A stretch of DNA of 63,837 nt, filler included, from Phoronis australis (Eukaryota; Animalia; Phoronida): NCBI GenBank assembly GCA_002633005.1. It is 10 parts of 10 records of this genome, joined end to end, with 100 filler letters (N's around TTAATTAATTAA, not from the genome) between each part and the next. Parts side by side here need not be neighbours in the genome. Positions count along the whole stretch, not along the records: positions 36,056 to 38,363 come from NMRA01003746.1; positions 38,464 to 51,867 come from NMRA01001390.1; 8 more parts are not named here. One strand, given 5' to 3'. The translations under genes were made by a program, and so were the position numbers. The notes under the pieces are model-generated. The model had not been told where the DNA came from. It saw nothing but the letters and a program-made list of their open reading frames with translations, and made no database searches. This document shows, piece by piece, positions 37,007-48,800 of the stretch; the stretch's first letter is position 1; every line of letters starts with the position of its first letter.

Positions 37007-38306
37007 CTCTCACGCTTAACTGGAAACTTTTAAAACAATTGGTAACAGGGTTCTAGAGAGGGGGTTACGCGTCGGAATCATGGACGCCCTGAAATATGGG
37101 GAACCCCATTTTGGACACCCTATTTTCGAAATCCTGGATAAAGGCCTGCGTTGAAGCGTCGATGTTTTGGGGAGTTGCAGTCAGTATGAAGGGTTAACTT
37201 TGGTCCAGGATCGAAGACAACAGCACGAGTTAACTTCGCACTAAACAGGTCGATTTAAAAGCGGAGCGTCAACGCTGCGGTGCAGTATGAACGGTCAACT
37301 TCGGTCCCATCGAAGTTCTCGCCAAGTGCCACTGTTATCGTCAACAATTAAAGGGTATTGTAGTCGCTCATACCGGTAGTTATATTTTGCTCAAATAATC
37401 ACCAATTGAATTAAAAATAAATTTTATGTAATGTAGCACATGAAAATGTTCTCAAATTGTGACATTAAAAAAACTTAGTGTGCAGCGCTACCTTGCAATT
37501 ACTAACTTGATAACAACAGCGTCACCTACCCTTTACTACCATGTCCGTTAACTACCGAAGCCAGCATGAACGGTTTAGTTAACATCGCAGTTTACATCGA
37601 TGCTCCCAGAGCTCAGACCGGAGTTAAGTCAGTATCAAAAGGCCTTAAAACAGCTCAGCGTCATTCAAAAGTTGAAATCTAATCATATTTAACAATTTTG
37701 TAGCTAAAATTGTCACTCGTAGTGGTAAATTTGTATTTGAGAAAAATAATCAATTGGACAAACAAAAACCAAACCAAAAACAATCATATTACTCCTAAAA
37801 AGAAACGAACTGAATCAAATTCCTGAAAACGTGTATTGTCCCAACCCTATCCATACTAGTAATGTTTACATATGTGTTCCAGCTAATACAATCTGAGAAG
37901 AGGGAGCACCTAGCAGGTGAATATTGCACTATAAAAGTCTTGTATTTGCTCAATAACACAGCATCTAACATTTGAAAGGCATGATTGACAAAGACTGTTT
38001 ATACAGAGACTCTTATACCAAACCAGTTGTAAAAGCTCACAATGTGGTAAATGAATGGCTACTGTTCACTCTCCTGAAATGACTCTCCATTGATTTAGCT
38101 GGTTCTCAGCCAAGGTTTAGCTGCTCTTTCCATGGTAAAATGTCAGTTATGGCCAATAGTACTTCTTTTCACTTCAAAGAATGTTTTCCATTGTTACAAA
38201 TGCTTTGATCTTTTCAAAACGTTATCTGGAGGTACAGCAGCTGTGGTACAAAACTTATCTTGTATAACAAATGAAACTGTGTCCTAAATTGGCTAGATTC
38301 TGCAAT

Positions 38307-38363
38307 GCCACATCCACCCTACAGCGCCACGTCCACCCTACAGCGCCACGTCCACCCTACAGC
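38307..38363. repeat. 19-bp tandem repeat (GCCACGTCCACCCTACAGC) at contig end
   Basis: Three units visible before the linker. Confidence 0.85.
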
Positions 38364-41300
38364 NNNNNNNNNNNNNNNNNNNNNNNNNNNNNNNNNNNNN
38401 NNNNNNNTTAATTAATTAANNNNNNNNNNNNNNNNNNNNNNNNNNNNNNNNNNNNNNNNNNNNGACTTATATGAATTTTATGAAAAAATCATTAGTTGCA
38501 TGAAACAAAAACGATATTTTAGAAAACTAACAACGCCTTTGAGATCTCATCTTGTCTTTTTTGAAGTATTTTATACCAAAATAAAAAGTACAATAATAGA
38601 CCATATTCACGCAGTCGTCATTTCAAAAAAGTGTCTCATTTTAGATTTATGCAAAATTGATTGAATACACGACACTTGACGTTACTAACAATTTTCATTC
38701 CGTTCCGTTAGTATCCTCGGAACAAAGTTCGATACTCAACAGTATAATTAAGACATAATTACAACGAGGAACGCGAAAAGTCACATTTTGCGTTGTGATT
38801 AAGCATAGAATCCATTGTTTTTTTAAATCTAAAAGGACGTTCTTTGTAACATGGTGACGCTAAAGCATGGTTTAGTGTGTGGCAGTTCTTACTATTTCGT
38901 ATTCACGACTTTTCCAACATGTTTCTTGATGTCTTTTTTCACGAATCAAAGTGACTTTTAAATCTTAAGTGACTTAAGACAGTAATTTTGTCTTGCGCTT
39001 TCTCATTACAAATGTTTCCAAATGTTTAGTCAAATAATTATGAGCGTATCACAGTATAGAAATAATTCATAGAATAATCTCAGTTAGTATGTTCTTAGAG
39101 GCTTTGCACTTTTACTATAATGAGATTCGATGATTTTCAGAAATAGTTTTGTGGTGCGTAAAACCAAATTTCTGACTCCAGTCTGAAGTCACTTTTCATG
39201 GAAGAAACTCCAGGTCTCGGGGTATAATCTCCTAGCTTGGACTCTAACTCGACATTTTTGTTAACATTTTCCTTCACCTTTGGTGCGAACTCTTTAGTTA
39301 AAGTACATGTCTATTATTTTGTCTTGGGGCACATTATTTCCGCTCTTGATTCACTAAAGCATCATTTAAAGCTACAAGATCGGAATTTGAACTCGAAATA
39401 TCTTTTCACGAGAAAGCAATCTCGAAATTATTTCTAACATTTTCCATTCTACCGTGCTCGTCTGCGTTACCGCCCAGGGCGCTTAAATCGGGAATCTAGA
39501 AAAACAGGGGTGGGCGGTAAGCCGAGCACGGGCCGTAACCCAGATGAGTACGGTACTTTACTACGAACTCACGATAAGTGTCCGTTAGTCTGTTGTCGAG
39601 TATATTATGGTTTACATGTATGACTGGGTCACCCTATTTAGAACTTGGTGACCCCAGCATTAAAGCTATAAATTCCAGTCTGGACTCGGAGTTTTTACTC
39701 GAACTTTCAAGTTGTCACTCGAGTTTGCAGCTCGGATTTAGGAGCTATCTAGTGCGAATTTGAACTGTCTACTCATCTGGCCGGTAACCCCCTATAACGC
39801 ACTCGAGCACAGAATAATAGATAATTATCTTGGGTTCGTAATAAAAGAGAACGGAAATTTTCAAAAATATATTCAAGTTCAATATCGAGTAAAAAGTATA
39901 TACTCAGGTCCCTGGTTAGCAGTTCGAATCTAAAGGTCATCAAGTGCCAATGTGAACTAAAATTTCGTCTGTATGAATCGTAACATAATTTAGCACGCAA
40001 ACACACACACACCTTGACTTCGTTCCGCAGAAAAGAACTGTAATAAATGATTTCAACTTCGAGTTTAGAACCCGGGCTTAGATTAGTACTAGATCAAGTT
40101 TTGATCTCACACTACGGCTATACGTCACCGGTTGATGCGTTTGTTGTCATCGTTTAGTATCAAATACTGAAAACCTAAAACGTAGAAATTACCTTGAATT
40201 ACCGTCTGTTGGTATAAGCCGTCTCAAGTCATGTTTGTTGCCTGACAGTGGTCCTTCAAAACTCCACTCCCCGTTATCAACAAAAATAAATTTATGGTAC
40301 TTTTTCGTGGTGAGAGTGTTTGCAAAATACCTCAATAAAATCACAAACACCACTCCCAGTGAAGTTGATCTATGGTGTTCAATCGCCAATCGACCTATGG
40401 CGTCTTCGTAACGGTAGATTAACCACCGGTACAGAGGTGATCTTGTGTAATGCTGAAGATCACCTCTTAGCATTTGTCGAATTCAAAGCCAAATTCAGCC
40501 ACATTTAGAAAATTGCGAATTATGTACTTTCAATGCTGATAGGGCACCATTCGTCACGACAATTATTAGTTTTAAATTCATTTCTGCAGTACTAATAAAT
40601 TGTAAAACCACTTTGATTGCATAGAGGGCTACTTCACTTATCGTTTGTTGCCTTGAACGCAATGAGATGTTTTGGATAAGAAACTTGTGATTGAGGATTG
40701 ATGCTCGAAGGATAATCCCATTGAAGACACCGCAGCGCCATCTTTGGAAACCAGTGTTTACAGTTTGTTCATGTTTTGGCGTGGAAGTCATTGTTTTGAC
40801 TGCTTAAGGTTTCGCAAGACTCTCGTCCAGTTGGTTAACTTCGGAGCATCATATCTCAGAAATGGCTCATTAGATTCATTTGAAACTCTCACAAAGTATT
40901 CACTATGCAATTTTCCTCAAAAACGGTTTCATAAACTCTTTTAAATTGAATCACTTAAAATTTATGAGGAGCTATTCAACATAGGACTTATACGACAGAT
41001 GTTTATGGAAATCTGATAACGTGCATGAAACGAAAGCGAAATGATAAAGTAGAAAAACAGTAAGAGGGATTTAAAATTTCTACTTAAACGTTTCAATCAA
41101 TTGAAGAATGGCCATGCTGTCGAAACTGCTCACGGTGTTTTGCTATGATAACCACTTTCTTTCGGTTAAATGTTACTGAATATACATAGTCACGTTACCC
41201 AATCAATTGCAGATTGGTTTTAAAGTCAAAAATCAAATACTATTGGTTTTCTGCTTTCGAACAATGTACTACTTTTTAAATTAAATTCTGTAGTTTACGA

Positions 41301-41610
41301 GATATTTCAGTGAATGCAGAGACTTGTCGATAAGGTTCTGCACGTCCTATTAGTTAGCGTTGATAACCGTGGAATGGAGTTCATTGGTTGCTGCCAACGA
41401 CAAATTTTAGCGTCGGTGACTTGAATTTATTCCAGTCTGAGGTACATGTATACGATTTCGGATTGATCTAACACTGCGTGGGACTAAAAGAGGTGGAACC
41501 CTGTACCTAGGTGTATAAAGCTGTGCAGTAGGTAAACCCGGCACTGTGTCAATCCAAGCGCCACATTCTAACAATTAAAAGCAATCATATTGCTGCTGAA
41601 ATTGTCCCCA

Positions 41611-41697
41611 GTTTGACTAAGGACCAACGTGTGACAAATTTGACTACGGACGACCACCGTGAGACCAATTTGACTAAGGACCACCGTGAAACCAATG
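41611..41697. repeat. ~28-30-bp tandem repeat x3
   Basis: tttgacta(a/c)ggac..cgtg..accaa units. Confidence 0.7.
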
Positions 41698-42205
41698 TTA
41701 TAAAAGTAAATGGCCTAAATCAAAACTTGTTTTGCCAGAAAGCATGAGTCCAGGGCCACTTTAAAATAAATATTTTTAACTTTTGAAGTGCACGAACAAA
41801 GTGGATTAACACATGAAACCTCGCCTTTTATGATATTGGCTGTAGCAGAACGCAAATACTTAGCTTTTGCCAACGGAATTGTTCTTATTTCAGTGATATC
41901 GATCGATGTGACTCAAAGTTTTAGACTCATCCTGGGAAAACAAATGAAACAGCATAACAGCGAACGTGTTTGTATTCCGTGTTTATATTCATGGCTGATG
42001 ACGAACTGTAAACGTATCATTTCGGCCGTGCAAACTAAAGTGAAATAATTCATTTCAACGTCAATGCAGAAATTGTAACATTGCGACCAACTTCTTCACC
42101 ACCATTAGCGACGTTTTCACTTTTGACGAGTTCGTCCACCCTGTGCAATGGCTCAGGGACTTCAACCCATTATACCTGACGCGTATCACCAACCGACGCT
42201 GCCCT

Positions 42206-45200
42206 TCAGTACCCGCCATAAGAGCCGCGCGACCATCTCCGCGAGGGTGGTGGACCACGACGGTGTCTATGAAGAGCTGCCTCCGACGCGCTAGTGTACC
42301 TCAAACGCTTCTTGCGGGGACAACGTATAATCAATGTAACGACAACGCCCAGCAGGAGGCCAGTGCCTGCTGCGATGTACACGGAGAAATCGCTCAAGGA
42401 CGTGAAGTGCTTCAGTTCAAGGTGCTGACGGATACCAACTGTATAATTCAAGAACACAACGATAACACAACACAGCTATAACTCATTTTCTCATCGGCTT
42501 TACATATGTATACTTGTGTGAGTTCCGAATTATTACTCTCAATTGTTCCATTTCATTGAAGCATGTCTGTTCAGATTGAGTATAAGTCCGCAATTTCGTC
42601 TCTGAGCGATACAAGGTTGTCTGTATTTTGACAACTGGAAAAAAGGTCGACGACCGGAAAGGAGTAAGCTGCAAATACATATCAGTCATCCGAGGTTTAC
42701 GGTGGTTGTAAAAGGCCAGCACAGGATTTTTTCTCTACGTCTAGATTTATCCCTATGGTTATTATCTCTATCGGTAGACTTACTAATTCGGATGGAACTA
42801 ATAAGTCTTTCGCAAGCAGTAGTAACTTCGTTGATAGATGTCGAGTCTAAGGGTTTGTTGAAACAATTCTATTGACAGAAAGTAAGTTACTCTATTAAGA
42901 AAAAAAATTACGAAAAAAATCTCATACTGACGTTTTACAAACACCTTAGGGATCTAAAGCAGAGGCCTATATGTGTCGTCTAGGTGCGCCTGAGTGGTTC
43001 GGTTTATGAACTCGGGTATCATCAAAAATAAAAACCAATTAACCATACCCGCCACGCGAACCGTTATGGTGGTTATAATCGGTTCTTTGGGAACCTTCCC
43101 ATTGTTAGCGATGCATGTGAACGACCTTCCTCCGTCAAAGGTCCGCGGTGTGAATTGCACGCTGCGTCCAAACCTTACGCCGTCGTTGGGGTCACTGCCG
43201 AGGACTCTGAGATCTCCTTTCTTGCCGATCGAATGGAGCCAGTCGATGGTAGCGGAAGGACTAGTACCACTCGTGATACAGTCTATTGTTACAGCATCTC
43301 CCTCATCGGCGTGGATCGTTCTATTTTTGGTCTTCACGCCATTGACAGTTATCGTGACGTCATCTGGACCAACTTCATTAAAAGATGAAATCTGTTCACA
43401 GTTTTGACGTTTATCATTTCAGAAACATGGTGATTCAGTTTAGTGGATATCCAGTCTTCACGCCACAGCCCAATAAATACATGTACGAAACGTGACATCT
43501 CGCTTTCTAATGAGGACAAATTTTACTTTAAAGTTTCTCTCTGTCCGCTCAAACCACTATTTTTAATCATTTTGACGATGGACTGGATGACCCCTGCTTC
43601 AATAAGGACACCTAATAAGCACAATAGGATTTCCTACTGAGTTTTGGCCTCGTATTTCTATACGAATTAGATGTGAGAAAGACAATGATTACGGGACAAC
43701 TGCAACAACTAACGACGACGAATTTCATGGAGGTTTCGTTTTCGCCACGAAACACAACACTTGATTTGCACCAGTTAGGGATTATTTTACGTATATTTAA
43801 GTGGTAACTAGTCACCGGTGTTAATTTCAGCGAATGTGTGTTGAGAATTTGCGATTTGTAAAATAGTCACAAAACAACGCCTTTTATTGAGGCTCTGGTT
43901 AAAAGCACACTAGGTATGGTCCTCAACTCCTGATCGTCCCCAATACACTACATATAATACTACTATGTAGTGTATTGGAGAAGATCAGAAGATGAGGACA
44001 CCTGTGGGTTAAAGCTAATAACTTCAACTAGTCTAACCACATCCAACAGTAATCCTAAAATGAGTTTTTTACCTTAAAACCGATACCGAGAATTTCCGAA
44101 AACAGGCTTACCCAAAAGTACGCCCATGGACGTATTTTCGAAATATTTCCCAAATGTACTCCCATGGGAATGTTTTCTGCAACGGTGTTCATGTTTTCAA
44201 ATGGATTGTTCTGAAATACGTATGGTTTCCTGTAAAATTTTGTTTACTTTAATTGACAAGACATTACGTTGTCACCCAATTGGCCGTTTGACGAGATATT
44301 GAGTAAGGTAACTTTTGGTAACTAAGCATGTTACTGCAATGTATGAAAGACAATTTTAATAACACAGTTTCCAAAAATACGCTCCCTTTTCAGAAAAAAA
44401 CGACCGGATGTATATTTCGTTTCGTTTGACGATTTTGAGAGGTCGTTTTCAGAATATCCACCTAGGTGCCTGTTTTCGGAAATTCCCGGTAATATCCCGG
44501 TAAGTATATCAAATGCATACATGCCACTTGTAACTTCCTGTCCACCATTTTGACCACTTGGCCACGATATTCGGCAGAGCAGTTCGCTCTCTTTCCGTTG
44601 AGATTTTTTTCTGGGGTAAATTTAACAGTTGCAGACGATGACGCTCGCCGAGTGTCGCGGTTCGGAACGCTCATCTGCACAGTGTATCCATGCCACCCGC
44701 TGCTACTAGTTGACGCGCACGTGCAGCTGCTGTTTAGACCAAGCACAAAAAAATGGTCGAGACACGAAATGGACACAGTGACTCTCGTGATGTTTAATTT
44801 TACCCGTTCCTGCGCTACGACAGTATTGTTTTGCTTCACTGTGCAAGTGATTATTTTGCCATTCATGTCTTGCCTCGGATCAAAGGTAAGCTGTGCTTTA
44901 GACGTCGTGATCGATTTCATTTCCTGTAACGTTATGATAACGCTGGTCCATTCTTGGTCGTCACCAGCAGATTCGCACCAGCAGGATGACGACAATCCTT
45001 CAATGAGAACGTGCGAGTTGCATGTTACTTTCGCAGTCGGTGTACTGCCAACGTCTGAAAATCGCAGTATTAATAAACCAGCGCTGTTTTTACAAAATGC
45101 CTACTATTACAGCGCACTACCTATTTACAAGAAGATCAGGGGCGGATCTACGAGTGGGGGGTCAGGGGGTTTAAATTCCCCGAGATAGGATCAAAAACAA

Positions 45201-45544
45201 AAATTGAAAAACGTCGTCTGGAACATAAAACCAAAAAAATGTTACAAGAGAGGGAGAGAAGCCCATCCCGACCTCCCCTACTCGGGGCTACACGCCTCAG
45301 ATTCGCACGAATCCTAAAACCCCCTTACTGAAAACGTAGATTTGCCAATGCACATGGATCTATTTGGAAGAGGAATAACATAGGACGTGTCTAGACTAAA
45401 AACGGGGCTCTTATGACGTGTCCAGAATGAAAACTTGCAAGAAAAATGCTCACATTTTAATCATTAAATGTTCAAACTACTTACATTGAATGACAGCGGA
45501 AAGCAGTAGGCCTACAGTTGCAGAACATCTTTTGCTTATCTCGT
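42206..45544 (-). CDS. Immunoglobulin-superfamily type I membrane protein (3 Ig-like domains; nectin/CADM/kirre-like architecture)
   Basis: Phase-1 exons 45485-45544 (signal-like CSATVGLLLSAVIQ), 44521-45054 (two Ig-like domains), 43049-43372 (EGDAVTIDC..PSATIDW..DGGRSFTCIANN) and 42206-42438 (TM VYIAAGTGLLLGVVVTLII, basic RKKR, stop). Start exon not resolved. Confidence 0.85.
43919..43999. repeat. 81-nt imperfect inverted repeat (hairpin) in Ig-gene intron
   Basis: gtcctc-aactc-ctgatc-gtcc-ccaatacactacata / tatgtagtgtattgg-agaa-gatcag-aagat-gaggac, 9-nt loop. Confidence 0.85.
44085..44490. mobile_element. TIR element/MITE with 23-bp inverted ends
   Basis: accgagaatttccgaaaacaggc vs reverse complement accgggaatttccgaaaacaggc; related piece at ~46295-46345. 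Confidence 0.65.
45137..45350. mobile_element. hAT-like MITE, same family as 9025-9259
   Basis: caggggcggatctac ... gtagatttgccaatg with colinear internal sequence. Confidence 0.8.
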
Positions 45545-45752
45545 CTGCAAAAAATGGAAAGACAAGTAACTTCCATCTCGTGGAATGATACGATTTTTCA
45601 CCCTTGAAACTCTTAATAGGGAACATACGACACAATGAATTGCTCTGTGGATAACTAAGGTTCCGATAGGTTTCTAGATGTGGTCAACGTCACTTCCACG
45701 ACGCGTTGGAGTTGAAAAAGTCAGCTTACGGCCATGTCTTGTGATCACTATG

Positions 45753-45812
45753 AGGAGATCAACATAAGGTTTGTCAGTAAAGAGGAGATCAACATAAGGT
45801 TTGTCAGTAAAA
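45753..45812. repeat. 30-bp perfect tandem duplication
   Basis: gaggagatcaacataaggtttgtcagtaaa x2. Confidence 0.9.
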
Positions 45813-48800
45813 CCTCAATCAGGTATCGGCTTTACGATGCTTTCCCCGGTTTTGTTACGCACAGATAAACAAACTGTGTACCGTGTTTTACCTCCACAGT
45901 TCTTCATTTTGCAATTTAACTTCCTTTTAAGTACAGCACACGACACGATTACAGTTAATTCACTCTAACGTGATCTCACGTAATACACGCGCTTTTTTAC
46001 TTGCATAAGGCAGTCGCCTCAGTTTTCAAGGCAAGGGTCACATTTTTACTATTTTTAGGGGAAAAGTTGTACCTATTGTACTAAACTATTAACATACAAG
46101 GAATTGTTTTTAAAACAATTCTATTGAAAATACAACATTTACACAGAAATATTACTACTTTTCATCTAACTTCTGTTTTCTACTTTTTTAGTAGGCCGTT
46201 ACTTTACAATAGTCCAGTCATCACCTGTTAACAAAGTCGCATTTAGTCTTCAAACACTTTTTATTTATTTCCAATTCATGAACGTACACGTATCTGGAAT
46301 TTCGGAAAATAGGCCCACTCAAAAGTACGCCCAAGGGCATATTTTGAGTCGAAAAATGTTCCAAACGGACGCCATCGAATGGGTCTCGGCAACTGTTTGC
46401 GATGACTGAATGAAGTTTTAGTTAAAAATCTGACGGATTGTTTTAAAATACGTATGTAATATTTTTCAATACAAAGTATTGACAAGGCTTTTTACCATCT
46501 GGGATCGCAATTTTACTCAAAGTATCATTTAAGGAGATATTGGGGCCACAAATTGACCAATCACTATTGAGAACACGACTCTGAAATACGTTTTACAGCT
46601 GACTCCGCGTACGTTTGAAGCGCTACATGAGAGACTATACTACGTTTATCCGTGGTCACAGACACAGTAGAAAAGAGTTAATATGTAACTCCCATCTCTG
46701 ATGGGAAATTGTCTTGCCAGTATCTTCAGAGAATCAAGTCTCCGAAAGTGGCCCGGCTCAGACCGGTTAGGGAACCGAGTGAATGACAGAGTTGTTCACC
46801 TATTGAGAAAAAATGAACTAGCGTACTCTTCAGCGTGGAAGACCAGAAAACTAATGCAACGAAAACTTCGCGGAGGTGAAAATGTTGTTGTGAGTAAAGT
46901 GATGCGTCCGTGTCAAAGGAACTGGAATTTAGTGTAGGTAATCGTCTGCGTATACATATGTATAACCATACCGTTCTGTCATGGTTTAGTGTGTGTTCTG
47001 AGACTTAGCCTACCGGTAAAATGTCAGTGCCCACTCGCCCTCTCGCTCTGACTTTTAGCCGTTGTTTGAGCAGGGGCTGTCTCGGTATCGGCACAGCGCA
47101 CTCGGCCTCGGCTTTTCTTTTTTAGCTGTCCAGCTGGTGGCCCCTCCAGAGCCATTCGTACATTTAATGTTATATCTAATTTCTCATGGAGAAAAACTGA
47201 ACTCACCGCTGAACAGCTGGCAGACAAGTTCCTGAAGCCTCAGGACTCGATACTCGAGTATATTTACTGACTTAATGGAAACTGTAGTATCCTAAATCTA
47301 AGACCTAACACAGTAAATTACTGTTTTAGACCATAAACAGGCGTAGTTGCCAATTTCTTGGTGTTGACGGGACTGTCCTAATTTATCCAGGAACAGCATT
47401 AGAATGCCCCACCTTTAAAAAACAGGCCAGGTACTGTTGGTTTTTATCTGTGTGTCGGCTTATTTTTGTGCTTTCACACCAGGCTTATAAAGTTTATTAA
47501 CTATCAAAGCGAGTATTTACCCGACACATTGGCCAAATAAATCAATTTTAGCTGTTTCTTTCAACAAACTTTTCAACTTTCTCAATAAAAGACGAGGACT
47601 TACTTTTTAAGATTAAGAGCTAGGTTCTATTTGAAGTTCCACCAGGGTTGGTTTGATCAGTGGTTCTGTTTAAAAAGAAAACTGTTTTAAATTCTAGTTT
47701 CATTGTAACCATTTCATAACTTTAAAAGAAGGCAACATGAACTTGAACAGCAGAATCTGAAGTGGCGATTTGAAGAAAAGAATTTAAATTATCAGTTCCA
47801 TGGTATCAGTTTTACATTTTGTCCATCAGAAAAAACAACTGTCATTTGGCCAGTAAAAATTGACTTGTTGTCCGTAATTGTTATATGAGTAGCAAAAATC
47901 AGTTAAGTTTGCCCACAAGGCTGGAACTTTATATTTTTGTTTAGTGTGAACACTGAAGTTTTCTGGTGAATAACAAAAATGTCCAACTAGGTTGTGACAT
48001 CGTTGAGAGGCTATTCAGGGTGAATAGAAAAAATTGTCTTATTTGGCTGATTAGACTGGCGTTATTTTGACTAAAAGCAACTTTGAAATGTTTGTCAAGT
48101 GAATAGCAAAAATTACTTTTTTTGTTGGAAAAGGTGAGACTTTCTTATTATCGACTTATGAGAACTATAAATGTAATGGTCGGAAAAATCTCACAAACCG
48201 GCTCATTTGAGAGATTTGTGAGGGTGAGTAACAAAAATCGGTTTATTTGGCTGACTTGTTGGGTAAATAGCAAAAATGTGCTTATTTAGCCATCTTTTCA
48301 GTAAAAGCAAGAAATGAGAGGCACATTAAAAAAGGGTTGATGGTGGTCATGGGTAACTTTTGAACCAATAGTTATTGCCGTGAGCTGTATACTAACCCCT
48401 CACTCCTATGAGCGTGGACATTTTGAACATGTTTGTGACTTTTGTGATTCCTGTCTAGTTTAAATTTTCAGTCGTGGAGAACATTTTGAGCTTTGGTCTT
48501 TTTTGACGTTCTTTCATGTTTTGCAGTGATTTAATGTAATTTTATTGTCCTTCGATTTTGTTAGGTCACATGCAAGAAATGTGTGTTGTCAGCCATGTTG
48601 TCAGCCATGTTGTTTTTTTGATGTGAGAGTGACTTATTTTGGTCAGTTGAACGCCTTGAACTGTATTTTTATGCCAAAACACTGAAGTGCAAATAATCAT
48701 AATTTTATGAGTGTATCTGTCATCAATTATATTATTCACAGATAACCATGGGTTTATTATCACATGTTTAACTGAAACAGTTGAGCATTCCTAAACACAA

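Noticed and set aside
40189-40473. 94-aa minus-strand ORF or possible exon
   Set aside because: No recognisable motif and no compatible neighbouring exons found.
42994-45188. Plus-strand ORFs of 137 and 212 aa
   Set aside because: Antisense shadows of the Ig exons; the same applies to 25894-26442 over an LRP exon.
46701-46937. MGNC-starting ORF (possible myristoylation/palmitoylation signal)
   Set aside because: Short, no downstream exons or domain support; may be chance.
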